From IMG/VR virus record IMGVR_UViG_3300045125_000015, positions 1 to 61,156 of that record: 61,156 nt of DNA; one strand, 5' to 3'. Below the pieces are notes generated by a model that did not search any database, was not told the origin of the DNA, and worked only from the letters and a program-made list of their open reading frames with translations. Of this stretch, positions 11,523 to 23,025 are shown in pieces (within the stretch, counting starts at the first letter, position 1; each line of letters starts with the position of its first letter). A program made the translations under genes and the position numbers. The stretch comes from a virus. Taxonomy: Duplodnaviria > Caudoviricetes.

Positions 11523-12207
11523 CGTACACGGAGTTGGTCGCGGCGATTCAGTCGTACACGGAGAACTACGAGCAGGAGTTTGTCTCGTATATCCCGACGT
11601 TCATTCGTCAGACTGAGACTCGCGTCTACAACACCGTTCAGATCCCTGCCCTCCGTCGCAACCAGACCGGCACCTTGACCTGCAAGCAACAAGTATCTGT
11701 CAGCGCCCGGCGACTTCCTGTCGGTGTACTCGATGGCCGTTATCCAGAACTACGGCACTGTCGAATGAGACCTACACGTACCTGCTGGACAAAGATGTGA
11801 ACTACATCCGTGAGGCGTATCCGACGCCAGCTGACACAAGGACTTCCTGCTGTACTACGCTATCTTTGGCCCGTCGGTCAGCAGCAACGTGGTCAGCGAT
11901 GAACTGACGTTTATCCTTGGCCCTACGCCCGATGCCGACTACAAGGTTGAGCTGCACTACTACTATTACCCAGAATCGATCTGTGACTGCTCCTGATGGC
12001 CGTACGTGGCTGGGCGACAACTTTGATCCGATTCTGCTGTATGGCTCACTGCGCGAAGCATATCTGTACATGAAGGGCGAGCAGGATTTGATCGCCAACG
12101 TCGAAGCGAAGTACGCCGAGGCTATGGGACAACTGAAACGTCTGGGCGATGGACTGGAGCGTCAGGACGCATACCGCAGCGGTCAGACTAGGGTGAGGGT
12201 CACATGA
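11519..12207 (+). CDS. Putative head-tail connector protein (frameshifted)
   Basis: MTYTELVAAIQSYTE...FIRQTETRVY...LGPTPD...TWLGDNFDPILLYGSLREAYLYMKG. Confidence 0.55.
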
Positions 12208-12629
12208 CGATCTACCAAGGTCTGACCACAAGCTTCAAAGTAGACATCTTGAATGGCCGGCAGAACATTGCATCGGACACGTTGAAGATGTCGCTGTATG
12301 ACGGTTATGCCGAGCTGGATGAAAACACCACGGCGTACACGACGACGAACGAGATTAGCGGTACTGGTTATACGGCTGGTGGAAACAACTTGTCCAACGT
12401 GACAATTCAGTCCACCAGCAATGGCATTGTGTATGTTAGCTTTGACAATGTTGTCTGGAATCCGGCAGAGTTTACGGTGAGAGGCGCGTTGATTTACAAC
12501 TACAGCAAGAGCAATGCTTCTGTAGCCACGCTGGATTTTGGTGGTGACAAGACGCAGGCTGGTAATGGAACTTTTACTGTAACTTTACCCCCTGATACGG
12601 CGTCGAGTGCGCTGATTCGCATTAACTAA
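12204..12629 (+). CDS. Putative tail structural protein
   Basis: Intact 141 aa ORF; TAYTTTNEISGTGYTAGG...RGALIYN motif. Confidence 0.55.
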   Translation: MTIYQGLTTSFKVDILNGRQNIASDTLKMSLYDGYAELDENTTAYTTTNEISGTGYTAGGNNLSNVTIQSTSNGIVYVSFDNVVWNPAEFTVRGALIYNYSKSNASVATLDFGGDKTQAGNGTFTVTLPPDTASSALIRIN

Positions 12630-12638
12630 GGAGTCATC

Positions 12639-13215
12639 ATGACTATTGAAAAATCCAAATCTAGCGAAACCGTTGCTGGCGCAGTGGAGCGCAAGACTGG
12701 TTTTGTTGAGGGTATGTCGGCAGGCGGTGTGTTTACCGTTACCTGCTATAGCAGCGACGGTGAGCAAAAGTGGGTAGATATTGCTCCCAACCTGGTGGTC
12801 AACACCGGCCTGCAAGACATGAACAGCAAGTACTTTACCGGCAGCGCGTACACCGCTGCTTGGTATATCGGTCTGGTCAATGGCACTTCTGCCAGCACCA
12901 CGTTCTCCGGCGGCGATACTCTGGCATCTCATGCAGGCTGGACAGAGAACTCAAGCTACACCGGCAACCGCAAGGCTGTGACCTTTGGTTCGGCCACGCT
13001 GGCAGATCCATCCAATATCAACAACGCATCGTCCACAGCATCGTTCACCATGAACGCCAACGCCACCATTGCTGGCGCGTTCGTGGCTAACGTAGCATCT
13101 GGCACTATCTGGCCTGCTGTTCTCGGCAGCAGACTTCCAGTCGCCCGGTGATCGTACCGTTGTCAGCGGCGACGTGCTGAACATCACCTACTCTTTCAAC
13201 CTGGATGCGACCTAA
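12639..13215 (+). CDS. Putative tail structural protein
   Basis: NLVVNTG...WYIGLV...TIAGAFV...GDVLNITYSF; indel near 13110. Confidence 0.55.
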
Positions 13216-13227
13216 TAGGAGTCAAGC

Positions 13228-13401
13228 ATGTATAAGATTGGTGATGTAGTACGCCTGAACCGTCCTGTCCCGCAAGGCCCTGTGGCTAAAATGCGGATGG
13301 ACGAAGACGGCACTATTTGGTACTTAGTATCGTGGACAGGCGATGATGGTCTGTCCCATGAGCGTTGGTTTACTGGTGATGATCTGGTGGCTGCGGAGTA
13401 A
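13228..13401 (+). CDS. Small hypothetical protein
   Basis: AGGAG RBS; MYKIGDVVRLNRPVPQGPV...HERWFTGDDLVAAE. Confidence 0.5.
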   Translation: MYKIGDVVRLNRPVPQGPVAKMRMDEDGTIWYLVSWTGDDGLSHERWFTGDDLVAAE

Positions 13402-13404
13402 TGT

Positions 13405-14310
13405 GTGGCAATTGTCGATGGCGGCTATAGCAGTGGTACATGGGGAGAGGCCGGCTGGGGATGCTCAGTCTACTACCCCATCATTGCGTATGGCGGTTGG
13501 AGCACTGGCACGTGGGGTCAAAATGGCTGGGGTTTTGGAGCAGGGTTCCTGTCCATATCTGATCAGACAAACGTAGCGGCCAATGCTCCGATACTTGCGA
13601 CATTCTCTGACACTGTAAATGTCAGTGACACTTATGACGCAGCGCCATTGTTGGTTGGTTCGATTGCGGAAACAGTAACAACAGCAGATACTGTAGCTTC
13701 AGGAATAGTGCTTGGTTCTAGTATTTCTGAAACTGCAAATGCAAGTGAAACAGTAACATCGCTCTTTATTATTTCTGGATCAGTAAGCGAGACAGTAAAC
13801 GCGGCAGACGTATTTGCTACACAGATCAACGTGTTCTCCTCAATTGAGGAAAACACGCAGGCGAGCGAAACGGTCAGCATGTACGTCACGTTCCCTGCAA
13901 GCATTACTGAAACCGCAAATGTTTCTGAAACAGTTGTTGCTGGCTTGGCTTATAGCAGCAACGTGTCGGAGACAGTAAATACGCAAGATTTGATTACCAG
14001 TGCGTTTGGCATTTCAGGCACGGTGTCTGAAACTGTGGTGATGTCAGACAGTGCAAATGTAACAAGGATTACCGAAGCGCAGATTACTGAGGATGTGGTT
14101 GCTCAAGATGTTGATTCCGCTCTGGCAGTATTCCTGTCTTCCATAGCTGAATCTTTGAATGCAGCAGATGGTGATGAAGCGGCAACAACGGGCGACATCA
14201 TAGCAAGAGAAACGGTTGGAATATCGGACAAGGTAAGCGCAAGATATTTGTGGGAACCGATTAACACAGGAAACACTACGACCTGGAATCTAATAGATAC
14301 CACCATGTAA
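13405..14310 (+). CDS. Repetitive Ser/Thr/Val-rich fibre-like virion protein
   Basis: N-terminal G-x-W-G repeats followed by degenerate 'SETVNxSD' repeats. Confidence 0.55.
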   Translation: MAIVDGGYSSGTWGEAGWGCSVYYPIIAYGGWSTGTWGQNGWGFGAGFLSISDQTNVAANAPILATFSDTVNVSDTYDAAPLLVGSIAETVTTADTVASGIVLGSSISETANASETVTSLFIISGSVSETVNAADVFATQINVFSSIEENTQASETVSMYVTFPASITETANVSETVVAGLAYSSNVSETVNTQDLITSAFGISGTVSETVVMSDSANVTRITEAQITEDVVAQDVDSALAVFLSSIAESLNAADGDEAATTGDIIARETVGISDKVSARYLWEPINTGNTTTWNLIDTTM

Positions 14311-14319
14311 GGAAAGATT

Positions 14320-15280
14320 ATGGCAAGTACATATTCCCAGTTAAAGATTGAGCTGATCGGCACTGGCGACCAATCAGGTACGTGGGGCGCGACTACCAAC
14401 ACCAACCTTGGCACTGCCATACAAGAAGCTATTACAGGTAATGCTACGGTTACGTTTGCTAGCGCTAACGCGGCGATTGCTCTGACAGACACTAACGCCA
14501 CGCAGACCGCACGTAACTTGCGGCTAAATCTGTCGGGCACCATTAGCACAAGCTCAGTACCTGTTTGTACCTGCTATCACCAAGCAATACATTGTTAATA
14601 ACGGCCTGACTTTTCCGGTCATTATTGCTAACGGAACAAACTCAGGTGCTACTGGCACGACGTTTACGTTGCCTGCTGGACGCAGTTCTATTGTGTTTAA
14701 CGACGGTACTAACATCAACGATGTTGTGACATTTGTTTCATCGTTAGCAAACGTGTCGATAAATCAAGGCACGGCAAACGGTATTGTTATCAGCAACGTC
14801 AGCATCATCAGCGGCAACGCAAATAACATTACGTCTAACGCATCCACGTTTACAAACGCCACTATTACAACGGCGACAGTCAATGGCGGTACGGCTAACG
14901 GTGTAACGGAAAGCAACGTCACCATCATCAGCGGTACTGTTGGCAACACTACTATCAACGGATATACCGAAGCCGTAACGACCGGGTACGTAAATACAGG
15001 TAGTGCATACACTATCAACATTGCCAACAGCACAATTATCACGGCAAACCTGTCGGCTACCTGCACATTTACGATGCCTGCAAACACCGCTGGTAAGTCG
15101 TTTATCCTGTTCCTTAAAACTGGTGCAGGAACAAACACCGCCACGTTTACTGGTGTTAAGTGGGTCAGCAATACAGCGCCGACGATTACGGCTACCGCAA
15201 ACCGCATGGATATTTTGACGTTTACGGCTGACGGGACTAACTGGTACGGCAACTATGCTCAAGGCTTCAATCCGAACTGA
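14320..15280 (+). CDS. Tail fibre-like protein (frameshifted)
   Basis: MASTYSQLKIELIGTGDQSGTWGATTNTNL N-terminus; Asn/Thr-rich beta repeats; C-terminal VKW...APTIT...DILTF..DGTNWYG. Confidence 0.6.
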
Positions 15281-15289
15281 GGATAAGTA

Positions 15290-16879
15290 ATGTTTGCTTA
15301 TACGAAAATAATGCAAGCGATGACGGCTGCTAGTAGCGGCTATACCGTCGTCCAAACATTTACCGCATCTGGCACTTGGACTGCTCCTACTGGCGTTACT
15401 AGAGTTGACTATTTGGTTGTGGCTGGCGGTGGTGGGGGTGGTTTTGATGTTGGTGGTGGTGGCGGTGCTGGCGGCTTTCTTACTGGCACTGGGTTAAGTG
15501 TTACTGCTGGTACAGATTATACGATTACCGTCGGCGCTGGAGGCGCGGGAGACACAGCGTCTGGTGGAACTGGAACAAACGGTAGCAATTCGGCATTTTC
15601 TACTATCACATCAGCAGGGGGTGGTGGCGGTGGAACTTTAGGTTCAAGTGGTGCTGCCGGAGGTTCTGGCGGTGGTGGTGCTGGTGCTGGCACAGCAACT
15701 AGCGGAGGTGCTGGAAATACACCATCAACTCCTGTCTCACAAGGAAATAACGGCGGCGCAAATGCCGGAGGTTCTAATTATGGCGCTGGTGGCGGCGGCG
15801 GCGCTGGAGCAACTGGAAATAATAGCTCCACTATAGTTGCTGGTAATGGCGGCGCTGGAACTGCATCAACAATCAGCGGTTCCTCGGTAACTTATGCCGG
15901 AGGTGGCGGCGGCGGCGCTGTTGGCACGGCTGGTGGCACTGCTGGTACTGGAGGCTCTGGCGGCGGTGGCAATGGTTCTGCGCCTTCATCTTCAGCCGGA
16001 AGCAATGGCACTGCAAATACAGGTGGTGGCGCTGGTGGAGGTGCTAACTCTGGCGCTGGTGGAACGGGCGGTTCCGGCATCGTTATCCTGAAATATACCG
16101 TCGCATCGCAGACTGTATTTACGTTTAAATCATCGACTAAGTGGGTTGCTCCTACTGGTGTGACTAGTGTGGATTACCTTGTCGTGGCTGGTGGTGGTGG
16201 TGGTGGTTCTCTGCGCGGTGGTGGTGGAGGCGCAGGTGGATTTCGTACTGGAACGAGTTTCTCTGTAACAGCTGGAACTGAATATGCGATAACTGTTGGC
16301 GGTGGTGGGACAGGTTCAACATCTTTTACAGTAAAAGGAGCAAGTGGCTCTAATTCTGTATTCAGCACAATTACCTCCGCTGGAGGTGGTGGCGCCGGTT
16401 CTGTAGATAATAAAAATGGCGACAATGGAGGTTCTGGTGGCGGCGGCGCTGGAGAAGATACTGCTTCTGGCACTGGAGGAACTGGCAATACACCAAGCAC
16501 CACCCCATCACAAGGAAGCAATGGAGGCGCTGGAGTAACTGGCGGTTTATCAACTTCTGGTGCTGGTGGTGGAGGTGGCGGTGCATCTGCGGCAGGTACT
16601 GCGGCAAGCGCACCAAGAACATCAGGCAATGGTGGCGCAGGTACGGCTTCCAGTATTTCCGGTAGCAGCCAGACTTATAGCGGTGGCGGTGGCGGCGGTA
16701 CGTTTTCACCGGGAACTGCTGGAAATGGTGGCGCAGGCGGTGGAGCAAATGGTTCACTTGGAAGTGCGCCTTCAGCTACAGCAAACACAGGTGGCGGTGG
16801 TGGGGGCGGGGAGGCAATTCTCCGTCTTATGGCGGCGCAGGCGGTCTCCGGCATCGTCATCATCAAGATCAATCAATAA
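15290..16879 (+). CDS. Glycine-rich tail fibre/receptor-binding-like protein with two tandem domains
   Basis: Two copies of TF..S..W.APTGVT.VDYLVVAGGGGGG...SGIVI.K. Confidence 0.7.
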   Translation: MFAYTKIMQAMTAASSGYTVVQTFTASGTWTAPTGVTRVDYLVVAGGGGGGFDVGGGGGAGGFLTGTGLSVTAGTDYTITVGAGGAGDTASGGTGTNGSNSAFSTITSAGGGGGGTLGSSGAAGGSGGGGAGAGTATSGGAGNTPSTPVSQGNNGGANAGGSNYGAGGGGGAGATGNNSSTIVAGNGGAGTASTISGSSVTYAGGGGGGAVGTAGGTAGTGGSGGGGNGSAPSSSAGSNGTANTGGGAGGGANSGAGGTGGSGIVILKYTVASQTVFTFKSSTKWVAPTGVTSVDYLVVAGGGGGGSLRGGGGGAGGFRTGTSFSVTAGTEYAITVGGGGTGSTSFTVKGASGSNSVFSTITSAGGGGAGSVDNKNGDNGGSGGGGAGEDTASGTGGTGNTPSTTPSQGSNGGAGVTGGLSTSGAGGGGGGASAAGTAASAPRTSGNGGAGTASSISGSSQTYSGGGGGGTFSPGTAGNGGAGGGANGSLGSAPSATANTGGGGGGGEAILRLMAAQAVSGIVIIKINQ

Positions 16880-16887
16880 GGATAACA

Positions 16888-17142
16888 ATGGACACTAAGG
16901 TTTATCGGTATTTAGGGATAGATGTTGCTATGGAACTACTTCGCCCCGGTGCGAAGTGGGAGATTAGCAACAATATGTTTACTCGTTGGGAAGATTCACG
17001 TCCATGCCCATCTATTGATGAGGTGTATTGGGTCATGGATAAGATCAAAGAGTTCGAGGACAGCATCCCTACCGTATGGACTGACGAGCAATTGAAAGAG
17101 ATGAAAGTTAAGAAAGAGGAATTTGAAAGGGCTGTAGCATGA
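16888..17142 (+). CDS. Small tail-associated protein (XkdW-like)
   Basis: AMELLRPGAKWEI...WEDSRPCPSIDEV. Confidence 0.45.
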   Translation: MDTKVYRYLGIDVAMELLRPGAKWEISNNMFTRWEDSRPCPSIDEVYWVMDKIKEFEDSIPTVWTDEQLKEMKVKKEEFERAVA

Positions 17143-17734
17143 ATATGCACAACCTATTTCCTATTCCTATCGGTATGTTTGACTTAGATCGTGAACTTAC
17201 TGATGAAGAATTATTGTTTGTTCGTGGTCAGGAAACTAGGCCAAATGAAGGCAATACAACTAGTGTTAATAATTTTGTATTACGCGACATGACTTCACTA
17301 CGGGATTGGATTGAAGGTTGCGTTGCAGAATACTTTAAGGCTACCAGCGATCCTAAGCATGATGTTCATTTAAGAATAACTCAGAGCTGGTTTAATTATT
17401 CAGAACAAGGCCAATGGCATCATAAACACGCTCATCCTAATAGTTTTGTATCTGGTGTTTTTATTTCAATACAAATCCTGACGACAAGATTTATTTCTAT
17501 CGTTCTGGATGGCAACAGATTAAATTCCCGCCTGAGTCATGGAATCCGTATAACTCTGAAACATGGTGGTTTGAGGCAATTAAAGGAAGATTGATATTGT
17601 TTCCTTCATCGCTGGAGCATAACGTGCCGACGGTGCAAGGTGATGACGTGCGAATTAGCATGAGTTTTAATACATTCCCGGTCGGTGTTGTTGGGGATGA
17701 GATGTCACTTACAGGTTTGAAACTGGAGGCTTAA
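17139..17734 (+). CDS. 2OG-Fe(II) oxygenase-like protein (TIGR02466-like; frameshifted)
   Basis: LFPIPI...ITQSWFN...HHKHAHPNSFVSGVF...GRLILFPSSLEHNV...RISMSFN. Confidence 0.8.
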
Positions 17735-17735
17735 T

Positions 17736-18098
17736 ATGGCGCACTTTGCCAAGCTTGATGAAAATAACATCGTGACTCAGGTTATCGTAGTAGATAACAA
17801 AGACACAGCAGATGCGTCTGGCGTTGAAAAAGAACACATCGGTGCGGCTTTCTGTGAGCGCCTGCTGGGTGGTCGCTGGGTGCAAACCAGCTACAACGGC
17901 AACAAGCGCAAGAACTACGCCGGTCAAGGTTACATCTTTGACGAGCAGCGTGATGCGTTCATTCCACCTAAGCCTTTTGCAAGCTGGGTTCTGAACGAAG
18001 ATACCTGCCAGTGGAAGGCTCCTGTGGACATGCCTACAGATGGTATGTATTCATGGGATGAGGCTACGACCTCGTGGAAAGCCACAGAGGCTGCTTAA
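17736..18098 (+). CDS. Conserved tail-region hypothetical protein
   Basis: MAHFAKLDENNIVTQVIVV...WVQTSYN...RKNYAG.GY..D..RDAFIPPKPFASW. Confidence 0.6.
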   Translation: MAHFAKLDENNIVTQVIVVDNKDTADASGVEKEHIGAAFCERLLGGRWVQTSYNGNKRKNYAGQGYIFDEQRDAFIPPKPFASWVLNEDTCQWKAPVDMPTDGMYSWDEATTSWKATEAA

Positions 18099-18100
18099 TC

Positions 18101-18361
18101 ATGAGCTGGGCAGACGCACTCAAAGCAATTATCCCTATCGTAGTGGCTAGTCTGGCGTGGCTGCTGGGCGAGGTTGGATCCTTCAATACGCGGCTGACTA
18201 AAATTGAGGGATCGATGCCTGCCCTTATCACGCCTCAAGGTGTGCCTACCGATAGCCCGATATCTGCCGAGCGTCGCCATGCCTTGAAGGAAGAGATTTA
18301 CAAAGACCTGCACGACCTGCAAGTGCGAATCAAGCTTATGGAAGAAAGGGCAAAGAAATAA
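18101..18361 (+). CDS. Small membrane protein of the lysis region
   Basis: One TM segment (AIIPIVVASLAWLLG) plus coiled C-terminus. Confidence 0.5.
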   Translation: MSWADALKAIIPIVVASLAWLLGEVGSFNTRLTKIEGSMPALITPQGVPTDSPISAERRHALKEEIYKDLHDLQVRIKLMEERAKK

Positions 18362-18855
18362 TGATTCCATTACTTGCCCCTATCCTGACTCAGCTTGCTG
18401 GCGCTGGTCTACAGAAAGTCGCTGATGCCGTGCTGGACAAAGGCGTCGAGCACGTTGAGGAGAAGCTGGGTATCAAGCTGACCCCCAACGAGGACGGTGT
18501 TCTGGACGATAGCAAGCTGGCAGACCTGCAAATGGCAGCGATGAAGCATGAAGAGTTCATGGCAGAGATAGACCTAAAGAACACGCAAGATGCTAGAGAT
18601 ATGCAAGAGAAGGCTATGGAAAGCGCAGACCCGTGGGTTCGGCGGTTTGTCTACCAGTTTGCATGGTACTGGTCTTTTTTTGCTACAGCCTACATCATCA
18701 TTATCACCACCGTTAATATCCCGGAAAAGAACATTCGGTTTGTTGATGTCGTGCTTGGCTTCATTATGGGCACGGTGGTTTCGACGATACTGAACTTCTT
18801 CTTTGGCTCCAGCCAGAGCAGCAAGGATAAGACCAAGGAGCTGATGAAGAAATGA
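18361..18855 (+). CDS. Putative holin (3TM holin-like)
   Basis: DARDMQ...two hydrophobic helices...LNFFFGSSQSSKDK; directly upstream of the endolysin. Confidence 0.65.
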   Translation: MIPLLAPILTQLAGAGLQKVADAVLDKGVEHVEEKLGIKLTPNEDGVLDDSKLADLQMAAMKHEEFMAEIDLKNTQDARDMQEKAMESADPWVRRFVYQFAWYWSFFATAYIIIITTVNIPEKNIRFVDVVLGFIMGTVVSTILNFFFGSSQSSKDKTKELMKK

Positions 18856-19313
18856 AGCTATCGCCCAACTTTTCCTTGGAGGAGCTGACCGTCAGCGATT
18901 ACGCCGCCAGGAACGGTCTGGACAATACGCCTCAGAACGATCATCTGATGAACCTTCGCCGGCTGGCAGCGTTCCTAGAGTCGCTTCGGTCTTATCTCGG
19001 CAAGCCAATTTCCATCAATTCAGCCTACCGTAGCCCGGAAGTCAACGAGGCAATCAAAGGCTCAAAGACTAGCCAGCACTGCCATGGCACAGCAGCCGAT
19101 ATTCGTGTGGCAGGGATGGTCCCAGATCAGGTGGTAAAGCGTATCATTGCTTCCACGTTGCCATTCGATCAGGTTATTCGGGAGTTTTCTGACCCGGTAC
19201 GCGGCGGTGGTTGGACTCATGTGAGCATTCCAAACACCCGCGACGCGAAGCCCAGAAAGATGGCTCTTATCATCGACAAGAAGGGCACGCGCCCGTACAA
19301 GTCAGGTGGATGA
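18852..19313 (+). CDS. Endolysin, peptidase M15A family
   Basis: LSPNFSLEEL...PISINSAYRSPEVN...SQHCHGTAADI...WTHVS zinc-peptidase motifs. Confidence 0.85.
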   Translation: MKLSPNFSLEELTVSDYAARNGLDNTPQNDHLMNLRRLAAFLESLRSYLGKPISINSAYRSPEVNEAIKGSKTSQHCHGTAADIRVAGMVPDQVVKRIIASTLPFDQVIREFSDPVRGGGWTHVSIPNTRDAKPRKMALIIDKKGTRPYKSGG

Positions 19314-20144
19314 CATGGCCTTTCTTTCAGCCCACCGCAGCTTTTGCGATTCTGATATTTTTTGTTTCTGCGCTTCGGTTTTTGGCCGGCGCAGTTTAGC
19401 CTGAACTTCGGGGGTTTTCATTGTGGCAGCTCGTATCTCAGCAGATTGCTTCACGCCCTCACTGATATTCAGTGATGCCTGCTTGAGCGCGGCCACTCGT
19501 TTTGCATTGTATTCCGGGTCTTTGTTCCGCTCGGTCAGCAGCTTCCTGCGGTATTCCCTTAGTTCTTCCGGTGTGCGCTTGGCAGGTTTGGGCTTGCGAC
19601 GGAGCGCTAAGTTTTGCTTGGTATTCAGGCGATGCTATGGTTGCCCGTAGCTTGGCCAGTCTGGCAGCCTTATTTTCGGGATCGTTGAGGGCGGCAGATA
19701 TCTTGGCTTGCACATCTGGTGAGCGCAAGGCTTCAACGCGTTTTGCATGGATCTCTGGAGTCGGTGTTCAAAACTTGATGCTAGCTGCCGCATTGGATTG
19801 CGATGGGTTCGACAGGCGCAATCTCTTGGCTTCTCGCTCTGCCGCCGGTGGATTGATGTTGCCTTCCCCGCCATCAGTAAAGTTGTACAGAACGCCGCCG
19901 CTGTCATGCCGGCCAAAGCAGGCAATGAGCGATCGTTCCGCAACACAGGCGTCCTCCCAAGTTTCAAAGAACATGCGTTGCACTTTGATGTTTTCTGCGC
20001 CATATTTGGCTATGGTGCGCATGCAAGCTTCATTGCGGTCTTTGGCTTTGGCTCGCACAGGATTCCAGCGATTCCGTGTCTTGCCGATGCCAACATAAAC
20101 GGGGACCAGTCAGGTTTGAACCAAATGTATACGTATGATTTCAT
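19302..20144 (-). CDS. GIY-YIG-like homing endonuclease with NUMOD3-like repeats (frameshifted)
   Basis: MKSYVYIWFKPDWSP(F)YVGIGK...ERSLIACFGR...LYNFTDGGEG followed by TPEVQAK(I/L) repeats. Antisense to the late operon; AAGGAGG RBS. Confidence 0.75.
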
Positions 20145-20170
20145 ACTATCCTCCTTCATAGGAGTATAAT

Positions 20171-22310
20171 GTGCCTTTACAGAAACTTCAACTCCGTCCA
20201 GGTCTGAACAGTGAAGGAACGTCGCTTGCCAACGAGGGTGGTTGGTTTGAGTGCGACAAGATCCGGTTTAGGTCTGGTTATCCTCAGAAGCTAGGCGGTT
20301 GGACGCCTATCTCCAGCAGTACGTATCTTGGTGTTGCCCGTTCTATGTGGAACTGGGTGACGCTGCGCGGCTATAACCTGCTGGGCGTCGGCACGAACCT
20401 GAAGTACTACGTCGAGAGCGGCGGTACGTACAACGACATCACGCCGATCCGGGACACGAATGTCCTGACCAATCCGTTTGCCACGACTATCAGCTCCACA
20501 ACGGTCACTGTTACTGATGCTGGTCACGGTGCTATTGCTGGCGACTTTGTGACGTTCTCTGGTGCGACTGCTGTAGGTGGGTTGACTATCAACGGCGAGT
20601 ACGAGATTGTTACTGCGACCACCAACACATACACCATTACTGCTGCGTCGGCTGCTACATCCACAGCGACAGGCGGTGGCACGGTTACGGCGGTATATCA
20701 GATCAACGTCGGTGCTCCTATCTATGGATTCCAGACTGGTTGGGGCGCTGGTTTGTGGGGCGGCTTTGTATCCGGTACTACGCAGACTACTTTGTCTGTC
20801 AGCCTGAACTCGTCCAATACCAACATCTCTGTGGTATCTACCACTGGTTCTCGAATGCTACCGGCACGATCCTGATTGATCAGGAATTGATCAAGTACGG
20901 TGGCAATACTGCCATCTTGTTTACCAGCGCCACACGCGGTGCGAACGGAACTGTAGCTACAAGTCACAGCAATGCCACCACGGTTTACAACGCCAACACG
21001 TTTACTGGCTGGGGTCAGTCTGCGGCATTTGGTATCCCGCAGCAGCTGCGTCTGTGGTCAGAGGCCAACTTTGGTGATTACCTGATCATCAACCCTCGCG
21101 GCGGTGCGCTGTACATGTGGGTGCCGGCATATACCGGAGCAGGCGTCATTGCTGTTTAGCACACCAGCAACGCTGCTTTCCAGCACCAGCGCAGGCATAT
21201 ATCAGACGGATGCCAACTGTCCCAGCATTTGCAGCTTAGTCATGGTGTCGGACTCCAGCCGGTTTGTGATTGGTTTTGGCGTCAACGATTACGGTGATAC
21301 TGCGCAAGATCCGCTGCTGGTGCGTTGGTCAGATCAGGAAAACTACCAAGTCTGGACTCCGGCAATTACCAATCAGGCCGGCAGCTACCGCCTGTCATCC
21401 GGCTCGACCATCGTGGCTGCCCAGCAGACTCGTCAGGAGATATTGGTATTCACAGACAGCGCCGTGTTCTCAATGCAGTATCTTGGGACCGCCGTACGTC
21501 TGGGGCTTCAACATCCTGTCGGACAACATCTCGATTGCTGGTCCGAACGCTGTGGCTACGGCCAACAACATTACGTACTGGATGGGCACAGACAAGTTCT
21601 ACGCCTACACCGGCCGTGTGGAAACATTGCCATGCTCGCTGCGTCAGTTTGTCTACGACGACATCAACCTTGACCAAGCTGCATCAGATCTTTGCTGGCA
21701 CGAACGAGGGATACAGCGAGGTCTGGTGGTTCTACTGCTCGGCTAGGTTCAACCGTGGTTGACCGCTACGTCATCTACAACTATCTGGATCAGGTCTGGT
21801 ACTACGGCACGCTTGGCCGCACGGCATGGCTGGACAGCCCGCTGCGCAGCTATCCGATGGGTGCAACGTACAACCAGACAGTTGTGTACCACGAGAACGG
21901 CAACGATGACGTAGAGGTCAGCGGTCAGGCTAATCCAATCATCTGCGTACATCCAGTCTTCTGACTTTGACATTGGTGACGGTCACAACTTTGGTTTTGT
22001 GTGGCGGATGATCCCAGACATTACGTTTGACGGATCGAGCACGGCTACGCCTAACAAGCCGGAGGTGACGTTCACGGTTCGCCCGCGTCAGAACCCTGGT
22101 GCTCCGTACGGCGTGGCAGATACACCAACGGTTGCCTCAACGCAGTCGTACAACGGCGTCAGGTACTACACGGTTCAGGAGTTCACGGAGATTGTGTACA
22201 CCCGCCTGCGCGGCCGGCAGATGGCATTCAAGGTCAGCTCGGATCAGCTTGGATGTGCATGGCAGCTAGGTGCGCCCAGAATTGATGTGCGTCCTGATGG
22301 CAGACGATAG
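20171..22310 (+). CDS. Tail hub/nozzle-like (tubular B / stabilisation) protein (frameshifted)
   Basis: MPLQKLQLRPG...GWFECDKIRFRSGYPQKLGGW...VRWSDQE...RLRGRQMAFKV...WQLGAPRIDVRPDGRR. Confidence 0.65.
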
Positions 22311-22327
22311 AATTTTGACAACATTTA

Positions 22328-22994
22328 ATGGCTAACCTTACCGTCACGAACAACATTCTTGTCCCGGCAGTCCCGGCGTTGCCGCTGGGTACTGTCAACT
22401 ACAGCCGCGAGTATCAGGATGAGCTGAACCGCGTGCTGCGCCTGTACTTTCAGCAGCTGGGCGGTGCGTTTCAGGCGTACTTGAATGAAGGCGGCGGCAG
22501 GTTTCTGAGCGTGCCATGCGGGTCATGGTTTTCTAACCAAGCGGTAACGTTCTCATGCAAATGTTGCCACAGTTGTCACATCTGAACAACACGGATGCGA
22601 ATGCCACGATAGATACCACGTTGTCCAACGGCAGCGTGCAGGTGACGTATCCCGGCATCTACAATTACCAGTTCTCTGCCCAGTTCGACAAACTCTGATT
22701 CACAGGCTCACGATGTAGATATCTGGATCACGGGTAGATGGCACAGATGTCTATGAATCTGCATCGCAAGTAACGGTTCCCAGCAGGCATGGCAGCACGC
22801 AACGGAGCAGTAATTGCAGCGTGGAACTTCTTTGTTGACGGCAAGCGCAACAGCGTTATTGATTTAGTAATGGCAGCTAACCATCCAGATGTATCGTTGG
22901 CATGCTTTGCCAGCGTCGATCTAGCCCGTTTGTGCGGCCATCAATACCGTCGCTAATTACCACGGTAACCTTTGTTTCACGGTTGCCTGCATGA
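22328..22994 (+). CDS. Hypothetical virion protein (indel-rich)
   Basis: PALPLGTVNYSREYQDELNRVLRLYFQQL...YPGIYNYQFSAQF. Confidence 0.5.
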
Positions 22995-23025
22995 TACGAT
23001 TGACAAAATTTCTTGAAGGTGCGTT

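Noticed and set aside
15290-16879. GGY-rich periodic sequence resembling the pentamer tracts
   Set aside because: The period is 3 (glycine codons) within an open frame.
13405-16879. Diversity-generating retroelement or invertible tail-fibre switch
   Set aside because: No reverse transcriptase, invertase or adenine-specific TR/VR pair is visible; the duplicated Gly-rich domains differ at all base types.
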